Assembly: GCA_041910055.1 (NCBI GenBank)
Contig: JAYRRP010000004.1
Location: forward strand, 154,983 to 218,982
Source of the DNA: Candidatus Saccharimonadales bacterium
Lineage (GTDB): Bacteria > Patescibacteriota > Saccharimonadia > Saccharimonadales > JAYRRP01
Direction of reading: 5' to 3'
DNA length: 64,000 bases
Shown here: positions 10,381 through 23,587 of the stretch, piece after piece
Position numbering within the stretch: the stretch's first letter is position 1
How the letters are laid out: the number at the start of each line of letters is the position of its first letter
Notes under the pieces: model-generated
Database searches by the model: none
Seen by the model: the letters and a program-made list of their open reading frames with translations, nothing else
Told to the model about the DNA's origin: nothing
Program-made: the position numbers and the translations under genes

Positions 10381-10938
10381 TTACTTACTGTGAGCTTTTG
10401 CGTGATGAGACGAGACATCCTGATGCGAGTGAACAGTGTAGTAACCACGTATTTGGAATAGTACATAGAGACCGATAACACTACCAATCAATGTACCGAT
10501 AAGATTACCTATGCTCCCGTAATCCGTAAATGTAATCACTACCCCATATACCACATTTAATATAGCGAGATAGAAGAGCATATTCCAACCCTGTTTTTTC
10601 CTAGCTTTTAGGCCAGGATAAGAGATCAGATAAAGTATTCCTTCTACTGCCAACACTACAATACCAATCCATACTGTGGTAGTTAAACGGCTAGTGCTAA
10701 CTGCGGCAGTCCCACCATATACCCGGCTTAGTTCATTGGCATAATTAATGAGCTTGGAGGTCGTATGCGCCCAATCCCACAGAAAATATACACTGAGTAG
10801 AACTAAGACCGCCAATACCAAGCTAATCCATGGCAGATACCGGACAATAGCTTTCCGACCATTTTCAGGTATTTGAAATGGCGCATTCTTTACAAATATG
10901 TCATTTAATTTTTCTTCTGTTTTGCTTTGTTGGCCCAT
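10381..10938 (-). CDS. hypothetical membrane protein
   Basis: 185-aa ORF with four predicted TM segments and a GGAGGTGG SD upstream. Confidence 0.55.
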   Translation of the reverse strand: MGQQSKTEEKLNDIFVKNAPFQIPENGRKAIVRYLPWISLVLAVLVLLSVYFLWDWAHTTSKLINYANELSRVYGGTAAVSTSRLTTTVWIGIVVLAVEGILYLISYPGLKARKKQGWNMLFYLAILNVVYGVVITFTDYGSIGNLIGTLIGSVIGLYVLFQIRGYYTVHSHQDVSSHHAKAHSK

Positions 10939-11036
10939 AACACCACCTCCGTATTAGAGTTCTCTCTCAAGCATAATAGGAAGAGGGAGTGACTGCAATA
11001 GGTTATACACAGAGTTAGACATAAAGTGTGAAAAAT

Positions 11037-11048
11037 CTTGCTGTTATA
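11037..11048 (+). promoter_or_regulatory. TGTGAAAAATCT motif (one of three copies of TGYGAAAAWTCT)
   Basis: This 12-mer is shared with 61824-61835 and 62536-62547. Each copy lies 64-77 nt upstream of the ATG of a small plus-strand gene. Confidence 0.4.
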
Positions 11049-11100
11049 GAACGGGAGAACCAATATGCTTATAGTTGTAGTAAAGGGAGGGGAACCGACA

Positions 11101-11259
11101 ATGAAGTATACAAAAAAACAACAACTTCTTAATCAGCCAACGAGACTTTCTGACCTCACATTTGAGGACATGATGGAAGATATCAGCAGCAATCTGGATG
11201 CAAAAATAGAGCGTCTGCAGAATCGACGTTGGCGCAAAATTCGAAACCAACAATTATAG
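11101..11259 (+). CDS. small hypothetical protein (52 aa)
   Basis: An AAGGGAGGGG SD lies 7 nt upstream of ATG 11101, and the gene sits downstream of the shared motif. No homology recognised. Confidence 0.4.
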   Translation: MKYTKKQQLLNQPTRLSDLTFEDMMEDISSNLDAKIERLQNRRWRKIRNQQL

Positions 11260-11316
11260 TTATAGTCTCTTCTTTTCTTCTTCAAAGACTCTGTCAAGCC
11301 TTATGGTGCGTTGCGT

Positions 11317-11982
11317 CTATTTTGGAATGTAACGATCGATGCCATAATTGGCATCTAATTGTTTATGAAGTTTGACGGCATCTACGGTGTAGTGCCGATG
11401 TCGATGGTTGATGATACCACTTTTTTCGAGTTTCTTTAATTCAAGGCCAGTTGTTTCACGAGTCAATCCCATAAAATTTGCTAGGTCCTGCTGAGTAAGA
11501 GGCAGGTTGATACGTACCATATTTCCACGTATATGTTTCCCAAACCGTAGAATAAAAAAGTGCAGAGTATGAATAAGCTTCTGTGAAGCTTTGGACTGTT
11601 CGAGGGCATATACACGGACTTCAAAATTAAGATATTTTGTGACAATGTCATGAAAATGTGAATATAAAATTTTGTTATCAGCCTGCAAGTAGTGTAAATA
11701 ATCGTCTCTGTTAACTACATATAACTCACACGCCGAAAACGCTTCATAAAAGAACTGTGCCCGTTTGACTATGCCAAATACCCAGCCCGTGGGAAACATT
11801 TCGTTTTCAAGGTCAAAGGAGATAGGCTTTTCTAACCCTTCATTAGTCAGGTTATAGATTTTCACAATGCCTTTTTTTACAAAATAGGCTGCCTGCGGTA
11901 CTTCTCCTTCACACAGAATCAGCTCGCCTTTGGTAAATGACTTTACCCTATAACTTGAAAGAAATTGCCGTAACTCTTTCAC
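11317..11982 (-). CDS. Crp/Fnr family transcriptional regulator
   Basis: It has an N-terminal cNMP-binding-like beta-roll and a C-terminal HTH (LTQQDLANFMGLTRETTGLELKKLEKSGII). Confidence 0.85.
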   Translation of the reverse strand: MKELRQFLSSYRVKSFTKGELILCEGEVPQAAYFVKKGIVKIYNLTNEGLEKPISFDLENEMFPTGWVFGIVKRAQFFYEAFSACELYVVNRDDYLHYLQADNKILYSHFHDIVTKYLNFEVRVYALEQSKASQKLIHTLHFFILRFGKHIRGNMVRINLPLTQQDLANFMGLTRETTGLELKKLEKSGIINHRHRHYTVDAVKLHKQLDANYGIDRYIPK

Positions 11983-12115
11983 GGTACACCGCCTAAGCTG
12001 ATAAATTGCCCATCTATATTATACCTTATATAAATGTGAGTTGTCGCACAGACCGACCCGGTCCAGTAGCAAAGATATCTAGCAAGAAGTCTAAGGATAG
12101 CCTTACAATATAACT

Positions 12116-15100
12116 ATGGAGAAAATAAGGGGAGGCTTTAGAGCCGACTACACCAAACTTAACAGTGCCCAAAAGGAAGCAGTAGATACTATAGATGGGC
12201 CTTTGTTAGTAATTGCCGGCCCGGGCACAGGTAAAACCCAACTGTTAAGTTTACGGGTCGCCAATATTCTCCGTTTAACCGATAGTGACCCTGGCAACAT
12301 TTTATGCCTCACGTTTACTGAAGCAGCCGCTCGAAATATGCGTGAACGCCTTTCACAGTTTATCGGTTCGCGAGCCTCGCAGGTTGCAATCCATACATTT
12401 CATAGCTTTGGGGTCGACATTATTAGCCGTTATCCAGAATATTTCTATGATCAGCCTCTTCTGCGACCGATTGGTGAACTGGCGAACTATGAACTTCTTA
12501 GGGACATTATGTCGCATTTGCCACACAACAATCCTTTGCATTTGCGTATAGGTGAGGTGTTGCTTCATCTACCAAGTACCCAGGCAGCCATTAGTTGGTT
12601 GAAGCAAGCAGGCATTTCACCTGCCGACGGACAAGAGATTGTCACCCAAAACCAACGTTTTATAGAGTTCGCTGAGCCACTCATAAAGGCAGTTTTTGTT
12701 GATTCTCCAACCAGGGCTCATCTCCCGGCTTATGAAAAACTGGCGCAACAATTAAATCATTTCACCAGCCAGCAACCGAATAACAGATTAGCTCAGCTCT
12801 GTGTCGAGGAATTGCAAGAAGCACTTATGAACATTGCTCCATCAGGTCCGTATGTGAAGCCTATTACCGTCTGGCGCAATCGTTGGCTCACTCAAACCAG
12901 CACCAAGTCATGGATAATGAGCGATCGAAAACGGACTGACATATTCCGTTGCGTGCTTGAGGTGTATAAAGCATTCCAAGCCGAACTTACCAGGCAGGGT
13001 TTCTACACGTTTGAAGATATGATTCTGCGCAACGTTGAAGCAATCCAAAAAAATGAAGAGCTGCGTTTAACTTTGCAGGAGCAATACCACTACCTAATGG
13101 TAGACGAGTACCAAGATACCAACGGCGCACAAAACCAATTGCTCGAGTTGCTAGCTGATAATCCTGTCAACGAAGGTCGTCCCAACCTCATGGTAGTAGG
13201 CGACGATGACCAAGCGATTTACAGATTTCAAGGTGCACATATGTCTATCATGCAAGAATTCCTGCAGCGGTGGCGCGCGGTAAGGAGAATAGTTTTAACT
13301 GACAATTATCGTTTTGGACCAGTCATCCTTAAGGCAGCCAGAAGCGTTATCATTCAAGGAAATGATCGGCTGGAAAACCGTTTGCCAGGCATCAACAAGC
13401 AGTTAAAGGTAGCCCGACAGCCAATACCACCAGCCCAAGTTTACCGACCACAAGCCTATTCAGAGTCTGATCAATACCTCTATATTGCCGAAGAAATTAA
13501 ACGACTACTTACTAAGGGAACAAAAGCGAAAGATATTGCAGTACTGGCGCCAAAACATAGTTATTTACAGGCCCTTGTGCCATTTTTAACTGCTGCTTCA
13601 ATACCAGTCGCCTATGAAAGACGAGAGCATGTACTAGAGCAGCCGCACATTAAAGAGCTAGTTACATTTGCGCGAGTGGTACTTGCTGCTAGTCAGATGA
13701 ATTGGCAAGCAACAGAGGGGTTATTGCCGACATTATTTAGTGCTGACTTTTGGCAAATACCACCAGCGGAACTTTGGTGTTTATCTTTAGAGTCACACCA
13801 CAAAAAAAAGCCTTGGCTTGAAGTCATGCAGCAACACAAGAAATTCAAACGAGTCATCGAAGGTATCTTGGCTATCGCCAGCCAGGCAAATTACGTCCCT
13901 TTAGAGACCTCTCTGGACCAAATCATTGGTACCTCATCGATCCCACTAGATAAAACTCATACTTGGACAAGCCCGTTCAGGCATTATTATTTTAATGAAG
14001 AAAACCTCACTAACCAGCCTGCGGATTACTTGCGGTTGTTAGGCCAGCTATCAACGCTTAGAAATGCCGTCCGTGAATATGGCACCGAAAAAAGACAATT
14101 GCGCCTAGAAGATTTCATTCGCTTTATTGATGCCTACCAACAAAGTCCTTTGCCATTGCTCGACTCTAGCCCTAGTAGCAACACCTCAAACGCAGTGCAG
14201 TTACTTACCGCTTATAAAGCAAAGGGCCTGGAATGGCCAGTAGTATTTGTGCTCGGTTGCCATGAAGGTGTCTGGGGCAAGAAAGCCCGGAGTGGTAACC
14301 CAACTTTCAGTTTACCTTCTAACCTAGCGTGGATTCGCCCAGCCCGAAATACTGAGGATGATCACCTGCGTCTCTTCTTTGTTGCACTAACCCGGGCAAA
14401 ACAAAGATTATATTTTACCTGTTATGAACACACTGATACTGGTCAGAAAACTGAACCATTACAGTGGTTATCCAATGAAAATGCAGCCATCCCCCCCACA
14501 CAAGTACAAACACCCGCTTCCGTCTTAGAACGAATTAAAGAAGCTGAGCTCAGGTTTATTAAGAAAGAAGGGGAAATGTCTGCTCAGGATTTGCGGCAAA
14601 GTTTGCAGCCAGTACTTGATAAATTAAAGCTCAGCGCTACCCACATTAATGACTTTTTAGACATCACGAAAGGTGGTCCCCACCACTTTTTATTTCGCCA
14701 TCTACTGCATTTCCCTGAAAGCCCACAACCAAGTGCTGTTTTTGGGTTAGCCATGCACCACGCCTTGCAAACAGCCCACCTTCATCTTTCAAAAACAGGG
14801 AAGCTGCCATCTATCTCAAACCTGCGCGACGTATTGACTAACGATATTCTGAGCAGCGCCTTGGATGAGTCTGATAAACAGCGCCTCGTGGATCGAGGCA
14901 AAGAAGCCCTCGGACTGTATATGTCACACCAGCAACGTTCATTCGACAAAAACGACAAGAGTGAGTACAACTTTTCAAATGAAGGTGCCCAGCTCGACGG
15001 AGTGCCACTGTCAGGAAAAATTGATGTCATTAAGAAAGAAGGTGGCGAATACCAAATTATCGACTACAAAACTGGCTCGGTCTTCACCAGTTGGCAACCA

Positions 15101-15421
15101 AAAGGAAATAACTACACTCAATTGCGTGCTTATCTCTATAAAAAGCAACTGATATTCTACAGGCTTCTCATGAACCATTCCACAACCTATAAAGGTGTCC
15201 ATGTAAGGAGTACCCGGCTTCAATTTATTGAACCTGCAGAAGACGGTAGCTTCCCATCCCTCGATTACGACGTATCAACTCAAGACCTAGAGCAAATGGG
15301 CCGCTTGATTAAAATAATCTGGCGACGAGTTACGACGCTGGACTTTCCCGACACCTCTAAGTATCCTCTTACCATACGAGGTCTTCAGGAATTCGAAGCC
15401 TCTCTACTCAAAGATACCTGA
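12116..15421 (+). CDS. UvrD/PcrA/AddA-like superfamily 1 helicase with C-terminal PD-(D/E)XK nuclease domain
   Basis: Helicase features are Walker A AGPGTGKTQ, DEYQDTN, VGDDDQAIYRFQGA and YKAKGLEWPVVF. The C-terminus carries GKIDV...IIDYKTG...QLIFY, a RecB-type nuclease motif. Confidence 0.85.
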   Translation: MEKIRGGFRADYTKLNSAQKEAVDTIDGPLLVIAGPGTGKTQLLSLRVANILRLTDSDPGNILCLTFTEAAARNMRERLSQFIGSRASQVAIHTFHSFGVDIISRYPEYFYDQPLLRPIGELANYELLRDIMSHLPHNNPLHLRIGEVLLHLPSTQAAISWLKQAGISPADGQEIVTQNQRFIEFAEPLIKAVFVDSPTRAHLPAYEKLAQQLNHFTSQQPNNRLAQLCVEELQEALMNIAPSGPYVKPITVWRNRWLTQTSTKSWIMSDRKRTDIFRCVLEVYKAFQAELTRQGFYTFEDMILRNVEAIQKNEELRLTLQEQYHYLMVDEYQDTNGAQNQLLELLADNPVNEGRPNLMVVGDDDQAIYRFQGAHMSIMQEFLQRWRAVRRIVLTDNYRFGPVILKAARSVIIQGNDRLENRLPGINKQLKVARQPIPPAQVYRPQAYSESDQYLYIAEEIKRLLTKGTKAKDIAVLAPKHSYLQALVPFLTAASIPVAYERREHVLEQPHIKELVTFARVVLAASQMNWQATEGLLPTLFSADFWQIPPAELWCLSLESHHKKKPWLEVMQQHKKFKRVIEGILAIASQANYVPLETSLDQIIGTSSIPLDKTHTWTSPFRHYYFNEENLTNQPADYLRLLGQLSTLRNAVREYGTEKRQLRLEDFIRFIDAYQQSPLPLLDSSPSSNTSNAVQLLTAYKAKGLEWPVVFVLGCHEGVWGKKARSGNPTFSLPSNLAWIRPARNTEDDHLRLFFVALTRAKQRLYFTCYEHTDTGQKTEPLQWLSNENAAIPPTQVQTPASVLERIKEAELRFIKKEGEMSAQDLRQSLQPVLDKLKLSATHINDFLDITKGGPHHFLFRHLLHFPESPQPSAVFGLAMHHALQTAHLHLSKTGKLPSISNLRDVLTNDILSSALDESDKQRLVDRGKEALGLYMSHQQRSFDKNDKSEYNFSNEGAQLDGVPLSGKIDVIKKEGGEYQIIDYKTGSVFTSWQPKGNNYTQLRAYLYKKQLIFYRLLMNHSTTYKGVHVRSTRLQFIEPAEDGSFPSLDYDVSTQDLEQMGRLIKIIWRRVTTLDFPDTSKYPLTIRGLQEFEASLLKDT

Positions 15422-15444
15422 ATCTACAATTGAGACGTGAGAGG

Positions 15445-16182
15445 CTAGCGTCGTGCAGCAGGACGACGCTTTGGCTTGGAAGAAGAGTGTTTTTTGGGAG
15501 CAACTGTGGGCCTGGTGCGCAAAGCAGTATTGAGCGATCTCATGACCGTTGGATGAACAAACAAAGCTTCTGGATTAAAGACCACGCCATAGAGGTTCAT
15601 GCCAATAATTGCACCGAGCAATGGGCCGGTGGCATAAGCCCAGTTCCAGGATTGAATCCCTACTGCTACAGCGGGGTTTATGACTGCATTCGAAGCAAGT
15701 GACGCAACCATAATACCAAGTAGCAACGAGCCGCCAATAGTAAACGCTAACTTACCAGCCTTCAATTTCTCGAGTACTGCCGCAGCTACCCCAAATGTAA
15801 ATACTGCCGCGCCAACAGCCTCAGCCACAAACACCCGCCACTCAAATTTATTGCCAGCCAAGCTCTCCAAATTGTGACCCATAAAATATTTAATCAATGC
15901 CCAAGCCGCCAGTCCGCCAAGCATTTGGCAGGCTATATACACAATAGCCTTAGAAGTCCGAATTTTGTTAAGTGACCAAAGCCCAAGTGTCACTGCTGGA
16001 TTAAGGTGCGCTCCAGAAACTGATCCCACAGTCAGCATAAATACCGCAACTGTACTACCAGCTGCAAGTCCCGAAAAAAGTGGAAAAGACGTACGTGCTG
16101 CCATTGAATACACTGTTACCGCCAAGACCATGGTGCCTAGCAGCTCAGCTACCATCATGGCTATTTTTTGCCGTCCAAACAT
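15445..16182 (-). CDS. MIP-family channel (aquaporin/glycerol facilitator)
   Basis: Two NPA boxes are present (GAHLNPAVT, AVINPAVA). There is a basic C-terminal tail (KKHSSSKPKRRPAARR). Confidence 0.9.
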   Translation of the reverse strand: MFGRQKIAMMVAELLGTMVLAVTVYSMAARTSFPLFSGLAAGSTVAVFMLTVGSVSGAHLNPAVTLGLWSLNKIRTSKAIVYIACQMLGGLAAWALIKYFMGHNLESLAGNKFEWRVFVAEAVGAAVFTFGVAAAVLEKLKAGKLAFTIGGSLLLGIMVASLASNAVINPAVAVGIQSWNWAYATGPLLGAIIGMNLYGVVFNPEALFVHPTVMRSLNTALRTRPTVAPKKHSSSKPKRRPAARR

Positions 16183-16255
16183 TGCGATTAACCTCCGTTT
16201 AGCTCTTTATGCACTTAGCATAATATACGAGAGGGTATTTACAAATAGCTTACGT

Positions 16256-17311
16256 CTAAACCGATGGTCTAATGACTGCAACGGGCATTCCCGGTGCGAG
16301 CAACTCATCACTTACATCAACAGTGACGACATCACCAGCAAAAAGCAAACGAACTTCCTCCTCGTGGCTCACAGCCATACGTTGGGCAAGCTCTTGGCGC
16401 ATCCAACGGTCATCAACAAAGGGCGCAAAACCATCACGTTCGTTCAGAGCATCGCGGTCTACCGTTGTGCCTGCACGCATATTGACAATAAATAATGGCT
16501 CCCTGTGGCCATGCGCCAGATGTGTAGGATCAGAAATCAAAAGCTCCAAACCATTTGCATTATTGGCGGCCATCTCATCTCGTCGTTTTATCGGATCATA
16601 TCTATCAAAGAATCCTCCGTTTACGAGTCTTCGCTGCGTACGGCGCACGTTCTGGTAGTGTTGGTTGCTCAGCAAGTTGCGAGTTTCATCATAACCGTTT
16701 ATCCCAGCTACTGCCTCATCAAGCGGAGTAGGGGTAACTGTCTGGTGGCGGAGTGCCTCCTCGCTTACGCGCGCACCTTTTTCCATAGCTTTCTGTTTTT
16801 TCATCCACGCCCCACACTCTGTAGTCTCACTACTATTAAACGATTGATCTGAAGTATGTGCCGCATCCTTATATCCTAATTTATTAAGAAAATCAGTGAC
16901 TATCCCGTGAGCCTCATTAAAATTGCTGGCACTTTTTACTCCCGACCAATCGGCAAGCACTGCCATCATGGTTGCCATGTCATATAGGCCACCAGCCATC
17001 TTGGGCCTGACAGGGGGCTTTTGTTGCTCAGGCATAGAGACTGAATTACCTACCACACCTGTGACAGGCATTACATCCGATGCAAGACAACGAGCTTGAC
17101 GTCCATCCATACATACGGCTCGTTTCAGATTATCCCCTTCAACTTCTACAATGTAAGGCTCTACAGATTCTAGGTAACCTTCTGTTTGTGTTTCAAGTAA
17201 TGACGACTTGATCTGATGAGGGCCTTCATGCCCAATACTGAGTTTACCGGCGATTGCCACTTCAATTTGTGGCTCGACTACTTGTTCTTGTTGCATGCGA
17301 ATATGTTCCAT
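16256..17311 (-). CDS. hypothetical protein (351 aa from MEHIRMQQ)
   Basis: A long ORF. I chose the start at 17311 because an AAGGGAG SD lies just upstream, rather than the track start at 17416. No domain recognised. Confidence 0.6.
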   Translation of the reverse strand: MEHIRMQQEQVVEPQIEVAIAGKLSIGHEGPHQIKSSLLETQTEGYLESVEPYIVEVEGDNLKRAVCMDGRQARCLASDVMPVTGVVGNSVSMPEQQKPPVRPKMAGGLYDMATMMAVLADWSGVKSASNFNEAHGIVTDFLNKLGYKDAAHTSDQSFNSSETTECGAWMKKQKAMEKGARVSEEALRHQTVTPTPLDEAVAGINGYDETRNLLSNQHYQNVRRTQRRLVNGGFFDRYDPIKRRDEMAANNANGLELLISDPTHLAHGHREPLFIVNMRAGTTVDRDALNERDGFAPFVDDRWMRQELAQRMAVSHEEEVRLLFAGDVVTVDVSDELLAPGMPVAVIRPSV

Positions 17312-17464
17312 AACTCCCTTGAAATTAAGCTTGAATATTAAAAGAACATGGTACCGGTTTGAGTAAAAAAATGCAAAATACCATAGATATAGCGTTCTTG
17401 CAGCTGTTCGTTGCACTAATTGTGGAATTGTCCTATACTAAGGCTATAAAGGACAGGAGGGTAC

Positions 17465-17788
17465 ATGGAGCAAACCCCATCATCATATGATGAGTTACAT
17501 GATCTCCCGCCTGAAACATATTCAGCCACACACGCCGACATAAACGACCCACAACATGCAGACGAGTTTTGGCAACGAGAAGGTGAAACTAACGATGGGC
17601 TCGTCAGGGAAGCGATTAAACAAGCTGACGAGGAAGAGCAATCTGGAAAATCAGCAAAGGAAGCTTTCTTAGATGGAATACGTTGGTACAAGGGGCTCGA
17701 GAATGGTGCCCGTTTTTATCGGGAGTGGGATATAAACTTAGATCCTACAGACGACACTGCGACAGAGACTGACCCCCAAGCTTTTTAG
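17465..17788 (+). CDS. hypothetical acidic protein (107 aa)
   Basis: A strong SD (AGGAGGG) precedes the ATG. It is divergent from 16256..17311. Confidence 0.55.
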   Translation: MEQTPSSYDELHDLPPETYSATHADINDPQHADEFWQREGETNDGLVREAIKQADEEEQSGKSAKEAFLDGIRWYKGLENGARFYREWDINLDPTDDTATETDPQAF

Positions 17789-17797
17789 AGAGTTGCG

Positions 17798-18222
17798 CTA
17801 GTGCCTTATCTTTCGGTGACGCCGAATTTCAGCAACCTTAAGACGGGTAGCATGTAAATCGGCAAGTTGAACCGCGCGGCTTAACTCTTCTTTGTTTTTT
17901 GCAGATTGTTGCAATTGTTGCGCTCGTTTTAGTGCCTCGCGCACCTCTCGTTCATCAATCTCGTCAATATGGTCAGCTTCATCTACCAGTAATCGAACAA
18001 GGTTGTCAAGGATTTCGACCACTCCTCCATTGCTTGCAAAGTAAACAAGCCGCTCGTCATTATCGGTTGGCTTGCGCCGGATAGCAATCACCCCAGTGGC
18101 CGCCAAGCTAACTAAGGGAATATGGTGTGGCAGAATTGCAATCTGACCCAAGGGGGTAGGGAGCATCACTTCATATACTTCTTCACCAAACTTGATACCA
18201 TCAAGAGTGACAAGTTCAAACT

Positions 18223-18229
<7 letters not shown>
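17798..18229 (-). CDS. atpC: F1 ATP synthase epsilon subunit
   Basis: The N-terminal beta-sandwich sequence (LKFELVTLDG...VMLPTPLGQIAILPHHIPL) is typical of epsilon. It is the last gene of the atp operon. Confidence 0.88.
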
Positions 18230-20767
<2,538 letters not shown>

Positions 20768-20769
20768 GT

Positions 20770-22323
20770 CTATTTCTCCGCTTCTTTTTCTGTGTATGTA
20801 GCCGCAATATCTTTGGCTATTTTAAGGATAAGTTTGCGGGTGGTTTCGATTGGTTTTTCGCCCTTATCCAGCACATGCATCGCGCTTCGGTGATCGCGGT
20901 GAAGCTGATGCAGTAAATTCTCCTCTGCCTGTTTAATAGCAGTGAGGGGCACTGCATCAAAACATCCTTCTGTAGCTGCCATCAATACCGCAGTTTGTTG
21001 CCAGACGCCCAGTGGCTGATATTGTGGTTGCTTAAGTAACTCTGTCAAGCGCTGGCCACGTTCAATCCTTTGCTTGGTTTCTTCATCTAAATCAGTAGAA
21101 AACTGGGCAAAAGCAGCAAGTTCGCGGAATTGGGCAAGGTCAAGCCGCAAGCTGCCCGCCACACTTTTAATTGCTTTTGTCTGGGCTGAACCACCCACAC
21201 GTGAAACTGATAGCCCTACCGAAATTGCCGGTCGGATACCTTGATAGAAGAGACTTGTTTCCATAAATATTTGTCCATCTGTGATGGAAATAACATTAGT
21301 GGGAATATATGCGCTAATATCACCCGCTTGCGTTTCAATAATAGGCAAAGCAGTTAAGCTGCCGCCGCCTAGCTTGTCGTTCAACTTAGCGGATCGTTCT
21401 AATAAACGGGAATGCAAGTAAAAAACATCCCCTGGATACGCTTCACGACCTGGTGGCCGGCGCAGCAACAATGACATTTGGCGATAAGCGGCCGCATGTT
21501 TAGTAAGGTCATCGTAGATGATCAAACTATGCCCGCCGTGGTCCCGAAAGTACTCTCCCATGGCAGTCCCAGCATAAGGCGCAAGATACTGTAGGCTCGC
21601 CGGATCAGCCGCTGATGTCACCACGACAATGGATTGTTCCATGACTCCTTCGCGTTTTAGCCGTTCAATAAGCCGAGCAACCTTGCTCAGTTTTTGGCCA
21701 ATCGCTACATATATATTAATAACCCCTGATTTTTGTTTATGCTGGTTGATCATAGTATCGAGAGCAACTGCAGTTTTACCTGTTTGACGGTCACCAATAA
21801 TTAGCTCACGCTGCCCACGGCCAATCGGTACCATTGCATCAATGGCCACAATTCCAGTCATAAGTGGTTCGTGCACGCTGCGACGGTCAAGTACACCCGG
21901 AGCAGTCCGCTCGACTTCACTCGTCTTGGTCGCACGCAAGGCTCCGTGGTCATCAAGCGGTTGTCCTAGCGGATTCACGACTCGCCCCACTAACTCCGGG
22001 CCCACCGGTACCGATAGCACTTTTCCAGTCAAGCGTACCTTGGCACCAGCAACTACTCCTGTTTCTTCTCCTAGAAGTACGGCCCCAATTTCATCAGGGG
22101 TAAGGTTCAGTGCAAAGGCAGAAACAGGCTTCCCTTGGGTTGTTTCAATCTCCAGCATCTCGTTGTAGCCACAATTTCGAAGCCCATAGATCCACACTAT
22201 GCCATCACCCACACGCATTACAACGCCAGTTTGCTCAATTTCAGGAGAACTTTTTAGTTGTTCAATAGCCGTCCGAATCTCGGCTGACAATTTAGAAAGG
22301 GGTATATCGTTTTGCACTTCCAT
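20770..22323 (-). CDS. atpA: F1 ATP synthase alpha subunit
   Basis: Walker A GDRQTGKT and alpha-subunit similarity along the whole length. Confidence 0.95.
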   Translation of the reverse strand: MEVQNDIPLSKLSAEIRTAIEQLKSSPEIEQTGVVMRVGDGIVWIYGLRNCGYNEMLEIETTQGKPVSAFALNLTPDEIGAVLLGEETGVVAGAKVRLTGKVLSVPVGPELVGRVVNPLGQPLDDHGALRATKTSEVERTAPGVLDRRSVHEPLMTGIVAIDAMVPIGRGQRELIIGDRQTGKTAVALDTMINQHKQKSGVINIYVAIGQKLSKVARLIERLKREGVMEQSIVVVTSAADPASLQYLAPYAGTAMGEYFRDHGGHSLIIYDDLTKHAAAYRQMSLLLRRPPGREAYPGDVFYLHSRLLERSAKLNDKLGGGSLTALPIIETQAGDISAYIPTNVISITDGQIFMETSLFYQGIRPAISVGLSVSRVGGSAQTKAIKSVAGSLRLDLAQFRELAAFAQFSTDLDEETKQRIERGQRLTELLKQPQYQPLGVWQQTAVLMAATEGCFDAVPLTAIKQAEENLLHQLHRDHRSAMHVLDKGEKPIETTRKLILKIAKDIAATYTEKEAEK

Positions 22324-22328
22324 CCTTC

Positions 22329-22733
22329 TTACGTATTAACGTTTACTGTTCGTGATAATTCCTGTAGCCGTCCTATCACTGTATATTCAAGAAGCAATTC
22401 ATCACTTTCGATACGAATACCACCGATTACAAGGGGGTCTCGTCTTAGGCTCAATACAACATGCTTTGCACCACTGATTGCCTTGGTGGTTACCTGTCGC
22501 ACCAATTCAATAGTCTGTTCGGTGAACCGAAAGGCAGATGTAACCCGCAAGTCGTATATTCCTTGGTTTTGTCTGAGCCTTTCTATGTTTTTCAATATTC
22601 GGTCAGCGTCAGCTGAGCGACGCTCCTGGATAAGAAAAGCAGCTAAACTTTGAGCAACCTGTCTAGAGTCCACACCTTCCTCAAGCAAACTATTCACTAC
22701 TCGGGCAATATCATTATTAGAGATAACCCTCAT
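22329..22733 (-). CDS. atpH: F1 ATP synthase delta (OSCP) subunit, short form (134 aa)
   Basis: Assigned from its position between atpF and atpA and an OSCP-like C-terminus ([28 protein letters not shown]). Confidence 0.7.
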   Translation of the reverse strand: MRVISNNDIARVVNSLLEEGVDSRQVAQSLAAFLIQERRSADADRILKNIERLRQNQGIYDLRVTSAFRFTEQTIELVRQVTTKAISGAKHVVLSLRRDPLVIGGIRIESDELLLEYTVIGRLQELSRTVNVNT

Positions 22734-23284
22734 GGACGTGATACTCCCTTCAGGACTGATTCAATCAGCTGACGATCATGTGCGGCATCCAATTTCTGAC
22801 CGATGATCACACCAGTTGCTTCCGACACTAATTTCAGCATTTCTTTTTCAAGTTGCTGGCGGGCCTTTTCTACATCTTCCTCAAGTCGACGTGAGGCATC
22901 AGCAATTATTTGCTCGCTTTTACGCCGCGCATTATCTTCTGCTTCTTTCAACATCACCCCAACCTCAGTGTGACCAGCAGCAATAATCTTGTCAGCTTCA
23001 AGGCGAGCTTTGTGCAGTATCTTATCAACTTCCTTATCAAGCGCAGCTTTTTTAGCGGCCATTTCTTGGCCTAGCTGTACACCATCGTCTATAGTCTGTC
23101 TCCTTTTTTCGAGTGTAGTGACTATTTTATCAAGTGCGAACTTCTTTAAGAGGAAAAATACCAGCAAAAAAGTCACAATCTGAAGCAGTAACGCCTTCAG
23201 ATCCACACCAAGGGAAGCAATACCACCCGGCTCAGCTGTTTCGCTGCCTAATAGACGGTTTGATAGCAAAAATTGAATCAACAA
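22730..23284 (-). CDS. atpF: Fo ATP synthase b subunit
   Basis: It has a single N-terminal TM helix and a long charged coiled coil, and sits in the expected operon position. Confidence 0.85.
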   Translation of the reverse strand: MLIQFLLSNRLLGSETAEPGGIASLGVDLKALLLQIVTFLLVFFLLKKFALDKIVTTLEKRRQTIDDGVQLGQEMAAKKAALDKEVDKILHKARLEADKIIAAGHTEVGVMLKEAEDNARRKSEQIIADASRRLEEDVEKARQQLEKEMLKLVSEATGVIIGQKLDAAHDRQLIESVLKGVSRP

Positions 23285-23303
23285 CTTACTTGTTCCTTAT
23301 CTG

Positions 23304-23552
23304 TTAGCCGATAGTAAACGTTACCACCAGCACGTAAATAGCAATTGCCTCGACCAAGGCTGCCGAGATCAGCAGAATTGGTAAGATTCGGCTGGCTACT
23401 TCCGGATTTCGGCCAATCGCACGCATGACGTTACTTCCAATCAGCCCCAGGCTGAAGGCAGGCATGATGGTGCCTAATGCAATTGTCATACCTTTAATAA
23501 AGTTTGGATCAGCGAGGGGTGATGAACTTGCCTCTGCCAGAATGTGAAACAT
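23304..23552 (-). CDS. atpE: Fo ATP synthase c subunit
   Basis: 82 aa with a two-TM hairpin. It carries the RNPE loop (IGRNPEV) and a carboxylate in TM2 (AALVEAIAIY). Confidence 0.9.
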   Translation of the reverse strand: MFHILAEASSSPLADPNFIKGMTIALGTIMPAFSLGLIGSNVMRAIGRNPEVASRILPILLISAALVEAIAIYVLVVTFTIG

Positions 23553-23587
23553 ACTATGTTTCTCCTTTTTAAATTAATTACTATCGA

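Noticed and set aside
15965-16852. Plus-strand ORFs 15965..16495, 16272..16658 and 16505..16852
   Set aside because: They are antisense shadows of the aquaporin and the 351-aa gene. Their Ser/Arg/Thr-rich composition is typical of non-coding frames.
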